The notes under the pieces were generated by a model. The model saw nothing but the letters and a program-made list of their open reading frames with translations, did no database searches and was not told the origin of the DNA. The position numbers were made by a program, and so were the translations under genes. From Eubacteriales bacterium (GTDB lineage: Bacteria; Bacillota; Clostridia; Oscillospirales; CAG-272), in contig JAZRJC010000086.1 in the NCBI GenBank assembly GCA_045645605.1, positions 1-39,427 of the forward strand: a DNA stretch of 39,427 bases. Reading direction: 5' to 3'. Positions 1 to 9,729 of this stretch are shown here, piece by piece (position 1 is the stretch's first letter; each line of letters begins with the position of its first letter).

Positions 1-24
1 GACATGAAAAATTAACATTTTTTT

Positions 25-100
25 GCTAGAATGGCTCAGTTGGTAGAGCAGCTGATTCGTAATCAGCAGGTCGTGGGTTCGAGTCCCATTTCTAGCTCCA
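25..100 (+). tRNA. tRNA-Thr(CGT)
   Basis: 76-nt cloverleaf GCTAGAA...TTCTAGC-TCCA. Anticodon stem GCTGA/TCAGC with loop TTCGTAA, T-loop GTTCGAG, encoded CCA. Confidence 0.97.
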
Positions 101-130
101 AGCCCGTTTGACTTTGTTGAATGGGCTTTT
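100..130 (+). terminator. Probable intrinsic terminator after tRNA-Thr
   Basis: AAGCCCGTTT...GAATGGGCTTTT inverted repeat with a short T tract. Confidence 0.55.
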
Positions 131-156
131 AGTGTACAAAAATAGGAGAGGCTTTT

Positions 157-1305
157 ATGGCGAAAAGAAGAAGAAGAAGAAAAACAAAAAACAAGGGCGT
201 TAAAATATTCGGTCTTATCGTGTTTATTATTTCCGCTGTGCTTTTGACCCTCACAATGAAAAATCTTATTGACGCTCAAAACGAAAGAGAGGCGGCAAAC
301 GACAGGCTTGAGATTATGCAGGCAGAGACCGCCGAGCTTGAATTTTTTGCCTCAAACCGCCCAAATAAAGGCAACGGGGGAAGCACGGGCTCCTCAACAG
401 ATTTTTATGAAAAGATAAAGAGCGGTCAGTCGGTCAATATCCTCTTCCTCGGAAACTGCTCCGCAAGAGGCGAATACGGTTGGATTTCAAGAGGTGCGTC
501 CTCCCTTGCGGCAAGATATAACGTAGCTCTTGGCGGAGGTAACTATACAAATTTGGGCAGTGATTCCTTTTTGGGATATTATCTGATGAACTCAAATATG
601 AAGGGGCTTACGTATGACCTTGTCGTTGTCGTGTTCGGGCACGGCGAGGACACGGAAAACTTCCGAGTGAACTACGACGGCCTTTTTCGTTCTATAAAGG
701 AAAATAACCAGAAATGCGAAATTATCGCCGTTATCGAGGCCGACAAGAACGGTTATAACGCAAACGTCGATTCTGTTCGCGAAATATGCGATCACTACGG
801 CGCGTCGGTTATAGATATGGTTCAGTATTTCAAGGAGAACAAGGTTGACTACAAAAGCTCCACAAGCGACGGAAGAACCCTCACCTATAACGGCTGCAAC
901 CACTATATCGACGCTTTTCTTTCCACAATCGAGACAAACATTATCGAAGGAAAGACGGTTGACCCCGTCACAGAGGGCGTATATTCAACCTCGGAATGCT
1001 TTGCAGATTTTCAATTTATTCCTGTGTCTCAAATGACGAAGGCGGGCGAGAACGCCGTCGAAATAAAAACCAACGCCAAAATGGTAAACCTTATATACTA
1101 TGATAATTATGCCGGCGGAGACATCACGCTTTTCGTGAACGGCAAAAAGGTTGAGGGCTTCAGAAACGTGGGTGTGCAAAACACGGCACGCAGCCTTAAC
1201 AGAAGGCTTGTTTCACAAAATCTTAACGGAATCAACACCATAAGAATCAACTTCGGCAAATCCGACAATATTTCCAACATAAAAGGTATAGTCATCGGAG
1301 GATAA
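157..1305 (+). CDS. Membrane-anchored SGNH/GDSL-fold protein with degenerate catalytic motifs
   Basis: RBS AGGAGAGG. Basic N-terminus, TM helix and coiled coil, then SGNH-like blocks (ILFLGNCS, YDLVVVVFG, ASVIDM, DGRTLT) and a beta-rich C-terminal domain. Confidence 0.65.
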   Translation: MAKRRRRRKTKNKGVKIFGLIVFIISAVLLTLTMKNLIDAQNEREAANDRLEIMQAETAELEFFASNRPNKGNGGSTGSSTDFYEKIKSGQSVNILFLGNCSARGEYGWISRGASSLAARYNVALGGGNYTNLGSDSFLGYYLMNSNMKGLTYDLVVVVFGHGEDTENFRVNYDGLFRSIKENNQKCEIIAVIEADKNGYNANVDSVREICDHYGASVIDMVQYFKENKVDYKSSTSDGRTLTYNGCNHYIDAFLSTIETNIIEGKTVDPVTEGVYSTSECFADFQFIPVSQMTKAGENAVEIKTNAKMVNLIYYDNYAGGDITLFVNGKKVEGFRNVGVQNTARSLNRRLVSQNLNGINTIRINFGKSDNISNIKGIVIGG

Positions 1306-1310
1306 CGCCA

Positions 1311-1988
1311 TTGTCAAAAAGCATTCATAAGGGACATAGACAGAGAATGAGAGATAAACTTTTGGCGTCACAGCCAAGCACTCTCCCGGAGCACGAGCTT
1401 CTTGAGCTGCTTCTTTATTATTCTATTCCCCGTCGAAACACAAACGAGCTTGCACATCTCCTGCTGCAAAAATACGGCTCGATCAAGGAAATCATCAACA
1501 CTCCCTCAAGCGAGCTTATGAATTTTCATCAGATAGGCGAGAATACCATTGCACATCTGAGTCTTCTGAGGGAGATCTTCCAGGGCTACTCGTCGGAGCC
1601 TTATCACAGACAAAGGCTTGATACCATCAAAAAAATCGAGGAATACCTCAGATGGAAAACGGACGGAGAGCTTTGCGAGAGCGTATATCTGCTTATGCTC
1701 GATAAGACGCTCGCTCCAATAGAATGCAGAAGAATGGCAAAGGGCGGCGATATGTCGGTGTCCGCAAACAAAAAAGCCTGCTTCTCGGCGGCCTTTGACG
1801 CAAAGGCGGCATACGTCGTTCTGGCACACAATCATCCCTCGGGTGTTGCGGCTCCCTCCTCGGAGGACAGAGCAGTAAGCCTTAGTCTGCAAAGCGGCTT
1901 TAATCTTTTGGGAATTGAGCTTATCGACCATTTTATTTTTTGCGGCGACAAGGTTATTCAGGTGCTGAATAACTCTGATATTTTTTAG
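1311..1988 (+). CDS. radC: RadC family (JAB/MPN domain) protein
   Basis: HKGHRQRMR and ELLELLL..IPRRNTN N-terminus, HhH motif IGE, JAB motif HNHPSG-x4-SSED, IDHFI. TTG start after GGAGG. Confidence 0.92.
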   Translation: MSKSIHKGHRQRMRDKLLASQPSTLPEHELLELLLYYSIPRRNTNELAHLLLQKYGSIKEIINTPSSELMNFHQIGENTIAHLSLLREIFQGYSSEPYHRQRLDTIKKIEEYLRWKTDGELCESVYLLMLDKTLAPIECRRMAKGGDMSVSANKKACFSAAFDAKAAYVVLAHNHPSGVAAPSSEDRAVSLSLQSGFNLLGIELIDHFIFCGDKVIQVLNNSDIF

Positions 1989-2000
1989 TAAGGTCTATTT

Positions 2001-2041
2001 AAGGATTGCTTCGGGTTTTTTCTCGCAGCAGTCCTTTTTTT
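2001..2041 (+). terminator. Intrinsic terminator after radC
   Basis: AAGGATTGCT...AGCAGTCCTT followed by a T run. Confidence 0.7.
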
Positions 2042-2073
2042 ATAAAAAATCATTCGAACTATTACGAAAATCA

Positions 2074-2102
2074 TTTACTTTTTCTGTTTTTTGGTGTATA
2101 AT
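2074..2102 (+). promoter_or_regulatory. sigma-A promoter for pyk
   Basis: TTTACT-N17-TATAAT. Confidence 0.6.
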
Positions 2103-2134
2103 AATATGAAGAAGCTTTGTTTTGGAGGACACTT

Positions 2135-3550
2135 ATGCGTAAAACTAAAATCGTTTGCACGGTAGGCCCCTCTTGCTCAGATAAAAAGACTCTCTCCGAG
2201 ATGTGCCTTGCGGGAATGAACGTTGCCCGCCTCAATTTTTCACACGGAACAAGAGAGGAGCACCTTGAAAAAATAAATTTGATAAAAAGCGTACGCGAGG
2301 AGCTTTCGCTCCCCATCGCTATAATGCTTGACACAAAGGGCCCCGAATACAGAATAAAGACCTTTAGGGACGGGAAGATTTTTCTCTCCGAGGGAGATGA
2401 ATTCACCTTCACAGTTGACGACGTTGAGGGAGACGAAAAAAGAGTTTCTGTAAACTATAAGAATCTTGTAAACGACCTCTCTGTCGGAGATAAGATTTTG
2501 CTCAATAACGGTCTCGTTCATTTTGAGGTCACCGCTCTTCGCGGAAACGACGTCGTCTGCCGAGTGCTTATCGGCGGCGAGCTTTCAAACAGAAAGAGCA
2601 TGAGCTTTCCGGGTAAGGTTCTGAATCAGGTGTATCTGAGCGAGCAGGATAAGAGCGATATAAAATTCGGCGTCGAGAACGGAGTTGAATTTTTCGCCTG
2701 CTCCTTCGTTTCAAGAGCCGAGGACCTTATCGACGTCAAGAATTATATCGCCGAGATAGGTGGCTCGGAGGCTGAGCTTATTGCTAAAATCGAAAACCGC
2801 TCGGGCGTTGACAATATTGAGGAGATATGTGCCGAATGCAGCGGAATTATGATAGGCAGAGGCGATATGGGTGTTGAAATTCCCTTTGAGGAGCTGCCGT
2901 CGATTCAGAAATTCCTGATAACTAAATGCAGAATGCTCGGTAAGCGTGTTATAACTGCAACCGAGATGCTTGAATCTATGATAACTAACCCCCGCCCGAC
3001 AAGAGCCGAAATATCCGACGTTGCAAACGCCGTTTACGACGGAACGAGTGCCATTATGCTCTCGGGTGAGACAGCGGCGGGAAAATATCCCGTGCTGACA
3101 GTTCAGACAATGTCAAAAATTGCGGAGCAGACAGAGAAATCTATCCACTACGCAAAGAGATTTTATAACAGCGAGTTCAAAATCAAAAACGCCGTTGACG
3201 CCCTCTCTCACGCAACCTGTGCTATGGCTATCGACCTTTCCGCAGGTGCTATCGTCGTTTGCACAAGGTCGGGAATAACGGCGCGAATGGTATCCCGCTT
3301 CCGCCCTCCCGTTGATATCGTCGGTATGACCACCGACAAGACGACCTGGCGAAAGCTGGCTCTTTCCTGGGGCGTCGTTCCAACGCTCAGCGAGGAGTTT
3401 ACCTCAACCGACGTCCTCTTTTATACGGCGAAAAAGACTGTTTTGTCAATATTCCCCTCTCTTAAGTCGGGGGATAATATAATTATGACGGGCGGTATGA
3501 CAAACGGTCAGTCGGGAAACACGAACCTTATAAAAATCGACACGGTTTGA
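2135..3550 (+). CDS. pyk: Pyruvate kinase
   Basis: MRKTKIVCTVGP, ARLNFSHG, DTKGPE, AKIEN, RGDMGVE, PTRAEISDVANA, MLSGETA. ATG at 2135 after GGAGG. Confidence 0.97.
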   Translation: MRKTKIVCTVGPSCSDKKTLSEMCLAGMNVARLNFSHGTREEHLEKINLIKSVREELSLPIAIMLDTKGPEYRIKTFRDGKIFLSEGDEFTFTVDDVEGDEKRVSVNYKNLVNDLSVGDKILLNNGLVHFEVTALRGNDVVCRVLIGGELSNRKSMSFPGKVLNQVYLSEQDKSDIKFGVENGVEFFACSFVSRAEDLIDVKNYIAEIGGSEAELIAKIENRSGVDNIEEICAECSGIMIGRGDMGVEIPFEELPSIQKFLITKCRMLGKRVITATEMLESMITNPRPTRAEISDVANAVYDGTSAIMLSGETAAGKYPVLTVQTMSKIAEQTEKSIHYAKRFYNSEFKIKNAVDALSHATCAMAIDLSAGAIVVCTRSGITARMVSRFRPPVDIVGMTTDKTTWRKLALSWGVVPTLSEEFTSTDVLFYTAKKTVLSIFPSLKSGDNIIMTGGMTNGQSGNTNLIKIDTV

Positions 3551-3619
3551 TTCTCCCCCGTGCCAACGACTAAATTCATTATACAATATAGTTTAGACTA
3601 CAATTAAGGAGGATACGCT

Positions 3620-3838
3620 ATGTTTGGAATAGGAAAAAAGCAAGTATATACGCTGAAAATAGAGGGAATGTCCTGCTCGCACTGCTCGGGAAGAGTGGAA
3701 AAGGCTCTTAACTCGCTTCCGGGTGTTCGGGCAAGGGTAAATCTCGATTCGGCGGAGGCCGTAATCGAAGCTCCCTCAAGAATAGGACTCGAAAAGCTTA
3801 AAAGAGTAATTGAAGATGCAGGATATTCCGTGCTTTAA
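3620..3838 (+). CDS. Heavy-metal-associated domain protein (CopZ-like chaperone)
   Basis: GMSCSHC (GMxCxxC), ends IEDAGY, RBS AAGGAGG. Confidence 0.9.
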   Translation: MFGIGKKQVYTLKIEGMSCSHCSGRVEKALNSLPGVRARVNLDSAEAVIEAPSRIGLEKLKRVIEDAGYSVL

Positions 3839-3868
3839 TCAAAAGAAAAACAAAAGGAGGAAAACCGA

Positions 3869-5101
3869 ATGAACCGTCAGATTGCCGACCTGCTCCGTCC
3901 GAAGAGCTTTGATGAAATGGTAGGCCAAGCACACCTTTTTGGTGAGAAGGGCGTTATCCGCCGCATGGTCGAGAGCGGAAGAATCGGAAATATGATATTC
4001 TACGGCCCTCCCGGTACGGGAAAAACGACAGCCGCAGGAATTATTGCTAAAATGAGCGGAATGACCTTCCGCCATCTGAACGCAACGACGGCGTCTCTCT
4101 CCGACATCAAGGAGATAGCGTCCGACACGGAAAATATTTTCGGGGTCGGCGGTATTCTGCTTTACCTTGACGAGATACAGTATTTCAACAGAAAGCAACA
4201 GCAGTCGCTTCTCGAATATATAGAGGATGGTCGGATCACCCTTATTGCCTCAACTACAGAAAATCCGAATTTTTACGTCTATAACGCGATCCTCTCCCGT
4301 TCATCTCTTTTTGAATTCAAGCCGGTGTCCCCCGCCGACAGCATCCCCGCACTCAGACGCGAGGTTGCCTACTTAAATGAAGAATCGAATCTGACGAAAA
4401 CAGTCGAGAGTGAGGTTCTCGAATATATTGCCTCTGTGGCAAAGGGGGACGTACGTCACTCGATGGTGCTGCTTGAGAACGCATACTTCTGTGCGGACGA
4501 GGTGATAAAGAAGGAGGACGTCGATTCCTTCAATCCCGGTAACGGAAGCTACAACGACGACACTCATTACGACCTTCTCTCCTGCCTTCAGAAGTCGATA
4601 AGAGGCTCCGACCCCGATGCCGCAGCCTTCTATCTTGCGAAAATTCTCGCTATGGGCGATCTCATCTCCGCCTGCCGACGTCTTCAAGTAATTGCAAGCG
4701 AGGATATAGGTCTTGCCTATCCTATGGCGGCGACGATAACCCGTTCCTTGTGTGAAAGCGCGATAGAGTTAGGTCTCCCCGAGGGAAGAATACCGCTTGT
4801 GAACGCGGCGATACTTCTTGCAACCGCCCCAAAATCAAATTCTGCGTATATGGCTCTTGCGAGGGCGAACGAGGATATTGATGCCGGACGCGGACTTAAT
4901 ATTCCCGAACATCTTCGCAGTCCTCTCTTCAAGGGCTACAAGTATCCTCACGATGCAAAAAATCACTATCTTCCCCAGCAGTATCTTCCAAGCGATATTA
5001 AAAATTCGATCTACTACCGTTTTGGTGATAACAAAACCGAGCAGGCGGCAAAGGCATATGCCGAGGCCATCGGAAGCCTTAAATATAAGGACGAAAAATA
5101 A
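3869..5101 (+). CDS. rarA: Replication-associated recombination protein A (RarA/MgsA AAA+ ATPase)
   Basis: LRPKSFDEMVGQ, Walker A GPPGTGKTT, Walker B LYLDE, STTENP, KSIRGSDPDAA, SEDIGLA, YKYPHD. Confidence 0.95.
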   Translation: MNRQIADLLRPKSFDEMVGQAHLFGEKGVIRRMVESGRIGNMIFYGPPGTGKTTAAGIIAKMSGMTFRHLNATTASLSDIKEIASDTENIFGVGGILLYLDEIQYFNRKQQQSLLEYIEDGRITLIASTTENPNFYVYNAILSRSSLFEFKPVSPADSIPALRREVAYLNEESNLTKTVESEVLEYIASVAKGDVRHSMVLLENAYFCADEVIKKEDVDSFNPGNGSYNDDTHYDLLSCLQKSIRGSDPDAAAFYLAKILAMGDLISACRRLQVIASEDIGLAYPMAATITRSLCESAIELGLPEGRIPLVNAAILLATAPKSNSAYMALARANEDIDAGRGLNIPEHLRSPLFKGYKYPHDAKNHYLPQQYLPSDIKNSIYYRFGDNKTEQAAKAYAEAIGSLKYKDEK

Positions 5102-5124
5102 CAAATCAAAAAAGGATCGGAAAT

Positions 5125-7074
5125 ATGCTTGATTCTAACGTAAAGAAAACACAAAACGACAATTACATAGATAATTACGCACCTATTATAGTTATCGGCG
5201 CGGGTCACGCAGGAATCGAGGCGGCTCTGGCGGCGGCACGAATGGGAATAAAAACCCTGCTTTTCACGCTCAGCCTTGACGCTATCGGAAATCTCCCCTG
5301 CAACCCCTCGATCGGAGGCACGGGAAAGGGACATCTTGTCTATGAGATAGATGCTCTCGGAGGAGAGATGGGTCGCGCTGCCGACCGCGTGACGCTTCAG
5401 AGCAGAACGCTCAATCTTGGCAAGGGTGCGGCCGTTCATTCAAAGAGAATACAAGCCGACCGTCGCGATTATCAAAGATATATGAAGCACATAATCGAGC
5501 TTCAGGAAAATCTTCTTTTGGTTCAGGCTGAGGTCACCGAAATTATAACAGAGGATATTGAAAACGACACGGATTCTCAAACGGGAGAATCAAAGCCGAG
5601 AAAGAAAATCACGGGAGTTGTCACCTCTCTTGGCGAAATCTGGCGGTGCGACGCGGCTATAATATGCTCGGGCACGTATCTTGAGGGAAAAATATTTGTC
5701 GGGGACAAAAGCTACGATGCAGGCCCTGACGGTATGCTTCCCGCAAAGGGCTTGTCGGCCTCTCTCTCGGAGAACGGAATAAAGCTTATGAGATTCAAAA
5801 CGGGAACTCCTGCAAGAGTAAAGCGGCAGTCGATCGACTTTTCTGTGCTTGATATTCAGGAGGGCGAGAATCCCATAATTCCTTTTTCCACCCTCACCCC
5901 CGAGGACGCATTTGACAATATAGAGCAGACCCCCTGCCATATCGTTTACACGAATGCCGAAACTCACAAAATTATAAACGATAATATAAAATTAAGCGCG
6001 ATGTATTCGGGTCAGATTCACGGCACCGGCCCGCGCTATTGCCCATCGATCGAGGACAAGATCGTCCGCTTTGCAGACAAGGAAAGACACCAATTATTCG
6101 TTGAGCCTTGCGGTCGCGACACCGAGGAAATGTATATTCAAGGCTTTTCAACCTCGCTCCCGACCTTCGTTCAGCATAAGATGCTCCATTCTCTCCCCGG
6201 CTTTCGTAACGCACAGATCATGAGGTACGCATACGCTATCGAATACGACTGCTGCGATCCGCTTCAGCTTTTCGCAACCCTTGAATTTAAGGAAATTGAC
6301 GGCCTTTTCGGGGCAGGTCAGTTCAACGGCACGAGCGGATACGAGGAGGCGGCGGCACAGGGACTTGTTGCAGGTGTAAATGCGGCGCTCAAAATAAAGG
6401 GCCGCGAGCCTATGATCCTTACACGTCAGAATTCCTACATCGGCACGCTCATTGACGATCTTATAACTAAAGGAACGAACGAGCCTTACAGAATGATGAC
6501 CTCCCGCTCGGAATACAGACTTCTTCTGCGTCAGGACAACGCGGATCTGCGTCTGACACCGATAGGATACGAGATAGGACTTATTTCAGACGAGAGATAT
6601 GCAGCTTTCCTCCGAAAAAAGGAAAAAACCGAGCTTGAAATTAAGCGAATGAGAGAAACCTTTCTCTCGCCTGCCATAGCCAACCCCTTTCTTGAGGGGC
6701 ACGGCGAGACACCAACCGCCTCGGGCATCTCTCTTGCCGAAATTCTCCGCCGTCCGAGCATCAGCTATTCTGATATGGCAGAGATTGACAAGGCACGCGG
6801 TGAGCTTCCCCACGCAGTCACGCTTACAGCCGAGGTCACGATAAAATACGAGGGATACATAAAGCGTCAGCTCTCCGAGGTCAACAGACACGCCTCGCTT
6901 GAGGTGAAAAAGCTCCCCGAGGATATTGATTACACAAAAATAAAGGGGCTTCGCATAGAGGCTATGCAAAAGCTCTCGGCCCTTCGTCCGATGACCATCG
7001 GTCAGGCGTCAAGAATAAGCGGCGTTAACCCTGCCGATATTTCGGTTTTGCTTATCTATCTCGGAATTAAGTAG
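5125..7074 (+). CDS. mnmG: tRNA uridine-5-carboxymethylaminomethyl(34) synthesis enzyme MnmG (GidA)
   Basis: GAGHAGIEAA, CNPSIGG, RFKTGTP, GPRYCPSIEDK, GQFNGTSGYEEAAAQG, TSRSEYRL. Confidence 0.97.
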   Translation: MLDSNVKKTQNDNYIDNYAPIIVIGAGHAGIEAALAAARMGIKTLLFTLSLDAIGNLPCNPSIGGTGKGHLVYEIDALGGEMGRAADRVTLQSRTLNLGKGAAVHSKRIQADRRDYQRYMKHIIELQENLLLVQAEVTEIITEDIENDTDSQTGESKPRKKITGVVTSLGEIWRCDAAIICSGTYLEGKIFVGDKSYDAGPDGMLPAKGLSASLSENGIKLMRFKTGTPARVKRQSIDFSVLDIQEGENPIIPFSTLTPEDAFDNIEQTPCHIVYTNAETHKIINDNIKLSAMYSGQIHGTGPRYCPSIEDKIVRFADKERHQLFVEPCGRDTEEMYIQGFSTSLPTFVQHKMLHSLPGFRNAQIMRYAYAIEYDCCDPLQLFATLEFKEIDGLFGAGQFNGTSGYEEAAAQGLVAGVNAALKIKGREPMILTRQNSYIGTLIDDLITKGTNEPYRMMTSRSEYRLLLRQDNADLRLTPIGYEIGLISDERYAAFLRKKEKTELEIKRMRETFLSPAIANPFLEGHGETPTASGISLAEILRRPSISYSDMAEIDKARGELPHAVTLTAEVTIKYEGYIKRQLSEVNRHASLEVKKLPEDIDYTKIKGLRIEAMQKLSALRPMTIGQASRISGVNPADISVLLIYLGIK

Positions 7075-7133
7075 CTTTTTAATCGTTTTTGTGCCCGATA
7101 GCAATATTTGTCCTGTTTTCCCCTAAAAATGTC

Positions 7134-7162
7134 TTGCAATATTGCTATTTTTGTCCTATAAT
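7134..7162 (+). promoter_or_regulatory. sigma-A promoter for the oxidoreductase gene
   Basis: TTGCAA-N17-TATAAT. Confidence 0.7.
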
Positions 7163-7233
7163 AACACTAAAATTTACATTTTTTGCGTTTTCGCATAAAA
7201 ATAAAACCCACAAAAAGAAAGTAGGTCTAACAA

Positions 7234-8286
7234 ATGAAGAAAAATATAGCAATCGTCGGCTACGGCGGACAGGGTGCCTGGCACGCAGGTCACGCCCAGA
7301 AAAGTGACGTGCTTACCCTTTCCGGTGTATATGACATAAAGACCGAGCGACACGACCTCGCCAAGGCCAACGGAATCCATACATACGATTCGCTTGATGC
7401 GATTCTTGCAGATAAGGACGTTGATATCGTCGTTTGTGCAACACCCAACGATTCTCATAAAGAGATAGTTATCCGTTCTCTTGAAGCGGGCAAGAACGTT
7501 GTATGCGAGAAGCCCGTTGCTCTCTCTCTTGAGGATTTTGACGATATGTGTGCGGCAGCAAAAAAATCAGGCAAGCTTTTCACAGTTCACCAGAACAGAC
7601 GCTGGGACGTTGACTTCCTTGCAATCAAGTCTGTTATCGCGAGCGGCGAGATCGGTGAGACTATCAATATCGAATCAAGAGTTCACGGCTCGCGCGGAAT
7701 CCCCTCCGACTGGAGATGCCATAAGCCTTACGGCGGCGGAATGGTGCTTGACTGGGGCGTTCATCTCATCGACCAGATGCTTCAGCTGATCCCCGAAAAG
7801 ATTACAAAAATCTATTGCGAGCTTAACAATATAACGACCGACGAGGTTGACGACGGTATGCACCTAATGCTCACCTTTGAGTCGGGCAAGCGCGCAACCG
7901 TTGAGGTTGGAACCTACAACTTTATCTATATGCCCCGCTTCTATATGCAATGCAAGAGCGGCTCTGCTATGATTGAGGACTGGCAGAAGAAATGTAAGAT
8001 CGCGAAGATGAAGGCTTGGAATGAAAAAGAGGTTGTTCCAGTACAGACGGCGGCAGGCATTACGAAAACTATGGCTCCCCGCGATGAGATCACCCTTGAC
8101 TCGTATGAAATCGAGCGTCCTTCCTCTGACGTACACGATTTCTACCGCAACGTAGTGAAGGCTATTGACGGAGTAGAGGAGCAGCTTATAAAGCTCTCCG
8201 AGGTTCGCCGTGTTATTCGCGTTATGGAGGCTTGCTTCGAGTCTCACGAAAAAAATCAGGCAATTATTTTCCCTGAGGGACTTTAA
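7234..8286 (+). CDS. Gfo/Idh/MocA family NAD(P)-dependent oxidoreductase
   Basis: IVGYGGQG Rossmann motif, ATPNDSH, CEKP, HQNRRWD, GGGMVLDWGVHLID. Confidence 0.93.
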   Translation: MKKNIAIVGYGGQGAWHAGHAQKSDVLTLSGVYDIKTERHDLAKANGIHTYDSLDAILADKDVDIVVCATPNDSHKEIVIRSLEAGKNVVCEKPVALSLEDFDDMCAAAKKSGKLFTVHQNRRWDVDFLAIKSVIASGEIGETINIESRVHGSRGIPSDWRCHKPYGGGMVLDWGVHLIDQMLQLIPEKITKIYCELNNITTDEVDDGMHLMLTFESGKRATVEVGTYNFIYMPRFYMQCKSGSAMIEDWQKKCKIAKMKAWNEKEVVPVQTAAGITKTMAPRDEITLDSYEIERPSSDVHDFYRNVVKAIDGVEEQLIKLSEVRRVIRVMEACFESHEKNQAIIFPEGL

Positions 8287-8302
8287 TTCATAAGAGTCAT
8301 AT

Positions 8303-8337
8303 AAGAATAAAGGGCTTCGGCTCTTTGTTCTTTTTTT
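8303..8337 (+). terminator. Intrinsic terminator
   Basis: AAGAATAAAGGGC-TTCG-GCTCTTTGTTCTT plus T run. Confidence 0.8.
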
Positions 8338-8338
8338 A

Positions 8339-8367
8339 TTGACAAAAAAGAAGTTTTGACCTATAAT
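8339..8367 (+). promoter_or_regulatory. Consensus sigma-A promoter
   Basis: TTGACA-N17-TATAAT, exact consensus. Confidence 0.85.
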
Positions 8368-8400
8368 ATAGATATACATAAAATAAAGAAGGTGTACGTT

Positions 8401-8925
8401 TTGAAAACAAAAAATAGTATTGTCAAATTAACTGTAAGTGCCGTATTTGCGGCTATGGTCTTTGTTATGACCTGCTTTTTAATGATACCTTTGGGAAGCC
8501 TCGGATACGTTCATCTGGGCGATGCCGCACTTCTTCTTTCGGGTGCCGTTCTGCCATTTCCCTTTGCATTTTTTGCGGGTTTCGGCTCTGTTTTGGCTGA
8601 TATCGTCAGCGGATATGCTATCTGGGCGCCTATAACGCTTGTTGTGAAGCTTTGTATGCTTATTCCTTTTGCTGTTTTGAAAAATAAGGAAACAAAGATT
8701 ATCGGCGGAGGAACCGTGGTGGCTGCCCTTATCGCCGCTGCCGTAAACGTTGCGGGATATTATCTTGGCGAGTCGATTCTTTTCGGCAGCTTTGTGTCGC
8801 CGCTTTCGGCAGTCTTACCGAACACGCTGCAAAGCCTGTCGGGACTTGTCGTTTTCTCGCTTGTCGGCGTCCTTGCAGACAGAGGCCACGTCGTTCATAA
8901 GCTGATGAGAAAATTAAAAGCGTAA
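8401..8925 (+). CDS. ECF transporter substrate-specific (S) component
   Basis: Hydrophobic protein of about 174 aa with AxxxA (SAVFAAM), GYVHLGD, LADIVSGYAIWAP and NTLQ. TTG start after GAAGGTG. Confidence 0.85.
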   Translation: MKTKNSIVKLTVSAVFAAMVFVMTCFLMIPLGSLGYVHLGDAALLLSGAVLPFPFAFFAGFGSVLADIVSGYAIWAPITLVVKLCMLIPFAVLKNKETKIIGGGTVVAALIAAAVNVAGYYLGESILFGSFVSPLSAVLPNTLQSLSGLVVFSLVGVLADRGHVVHKLMRKLKA

Positions 8926-8952
8926 TAAATTCTCAAGAAAGGTAGTCAAATA

Positions 8953-9729
8953 ATGAAAATTCTTGCCGTCGGAGACGTTTGCGGTCAAAGAGCTGTCGAA
9001 TTTCTCGAAAAGAATCTGCAAAAAATAAAAGACTCTCTCTCTGTCGATTTCACTATCGTCAACGGCGAAAATGCCGCCGATATAAGAGGAATTTCCGCCG
9101 CCGATGCCCTTTCTATATGGGATAGCGGTGCCGACCTTATAACTACAGGCAACCACGTGTTCGGAAAAAAGGATATTTTCCCTCTGCTTGACTCGGATAA
9201 AAGAATTATCCGTCCCGAAAATTATCCTGCGGCCGCTCCCGGTATGGGAAGCGCTATTCTTAATATTCTTGGCTACCGATTCCTTTGCATAAACGTTCAG
9301 GGCACGGTTTACCTCGATCCTCTTGACAACCCCTTTATCGCAGTTGAAAAAATTCTCAAAAGAGAAGAGGGAGGCTACGATTTTTCGCTTCTTGACATTC
9401 ACGCAGAAGCGTCCTCCGAAAAAATCGCGATGGCACGTCACTTTGATGGGCGAATCAACATAATCTGGGGAACTCACACTCACGTTCAGACCGCTGACGA
9501 GTGTATTCTGCCAAAGGGAACGGGCTATATCACCGACATCGGTATGACAGGGCCCACCGATGGTGTTATCGGCGCGCTCGCAGAGCCTATCATCGAACGC
9601 TTTCTCACTCATACGCCCCAGCGCTTCTCGGTGGCAGAAGGTAAGATCCGCCTTTGCGGCGCTCTTTTCGAGCTTGACACAAGCACGGGCAGAGTTGTAC
9701 GCGTAGAAAGAGTGGTCTTCGATGAATAA
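8953..9729 (+). CDS. ymdB: YmdB-like (TIGR00282) metallophosphoesterase
   Basis: GDVCG, NGENAA, TTGNH, RPENY, DIHAEASSEK, GTHTHVQTAD, TDIGMTG. Confidence 0.92.
   Translation: MKILAVGDVCGQRAVEFLEKNLQKIKDSLSVDFTIVNGENAADIRGISAADALSIWDSGADLITTGNHVFGKKDIFPLLDSDKRIIRPENYPAAAPGMGSAILNILGYRFLCINVQGTVYLDPLDNPFIAVEKILKREEGGYDFSLLDIHAEASSEKIAMARHFDGRINIIWGTHTHVQTADECILPKGTGYITDIGMTGPTDGVIGALAEPIIERFLTHTPQRFSVAEGKIRLCGALFELDTSTGRVVRVERVVFDE

Noticed and set aside
1311-1988. RadC as a mobile-element anti-restriction gene
   Set aside because: It is the full-length chromosomal type with the N-terminal HhH region, in a core context upstream of pyk.
3560-3610. Copper-regulator operator upstream of the CopZ-like gene
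   Set aside because: Only a half-site (GACTACA) of the CopY box is visible. There is no complete TACAnnTGTA and no CsoR-type palindrome.
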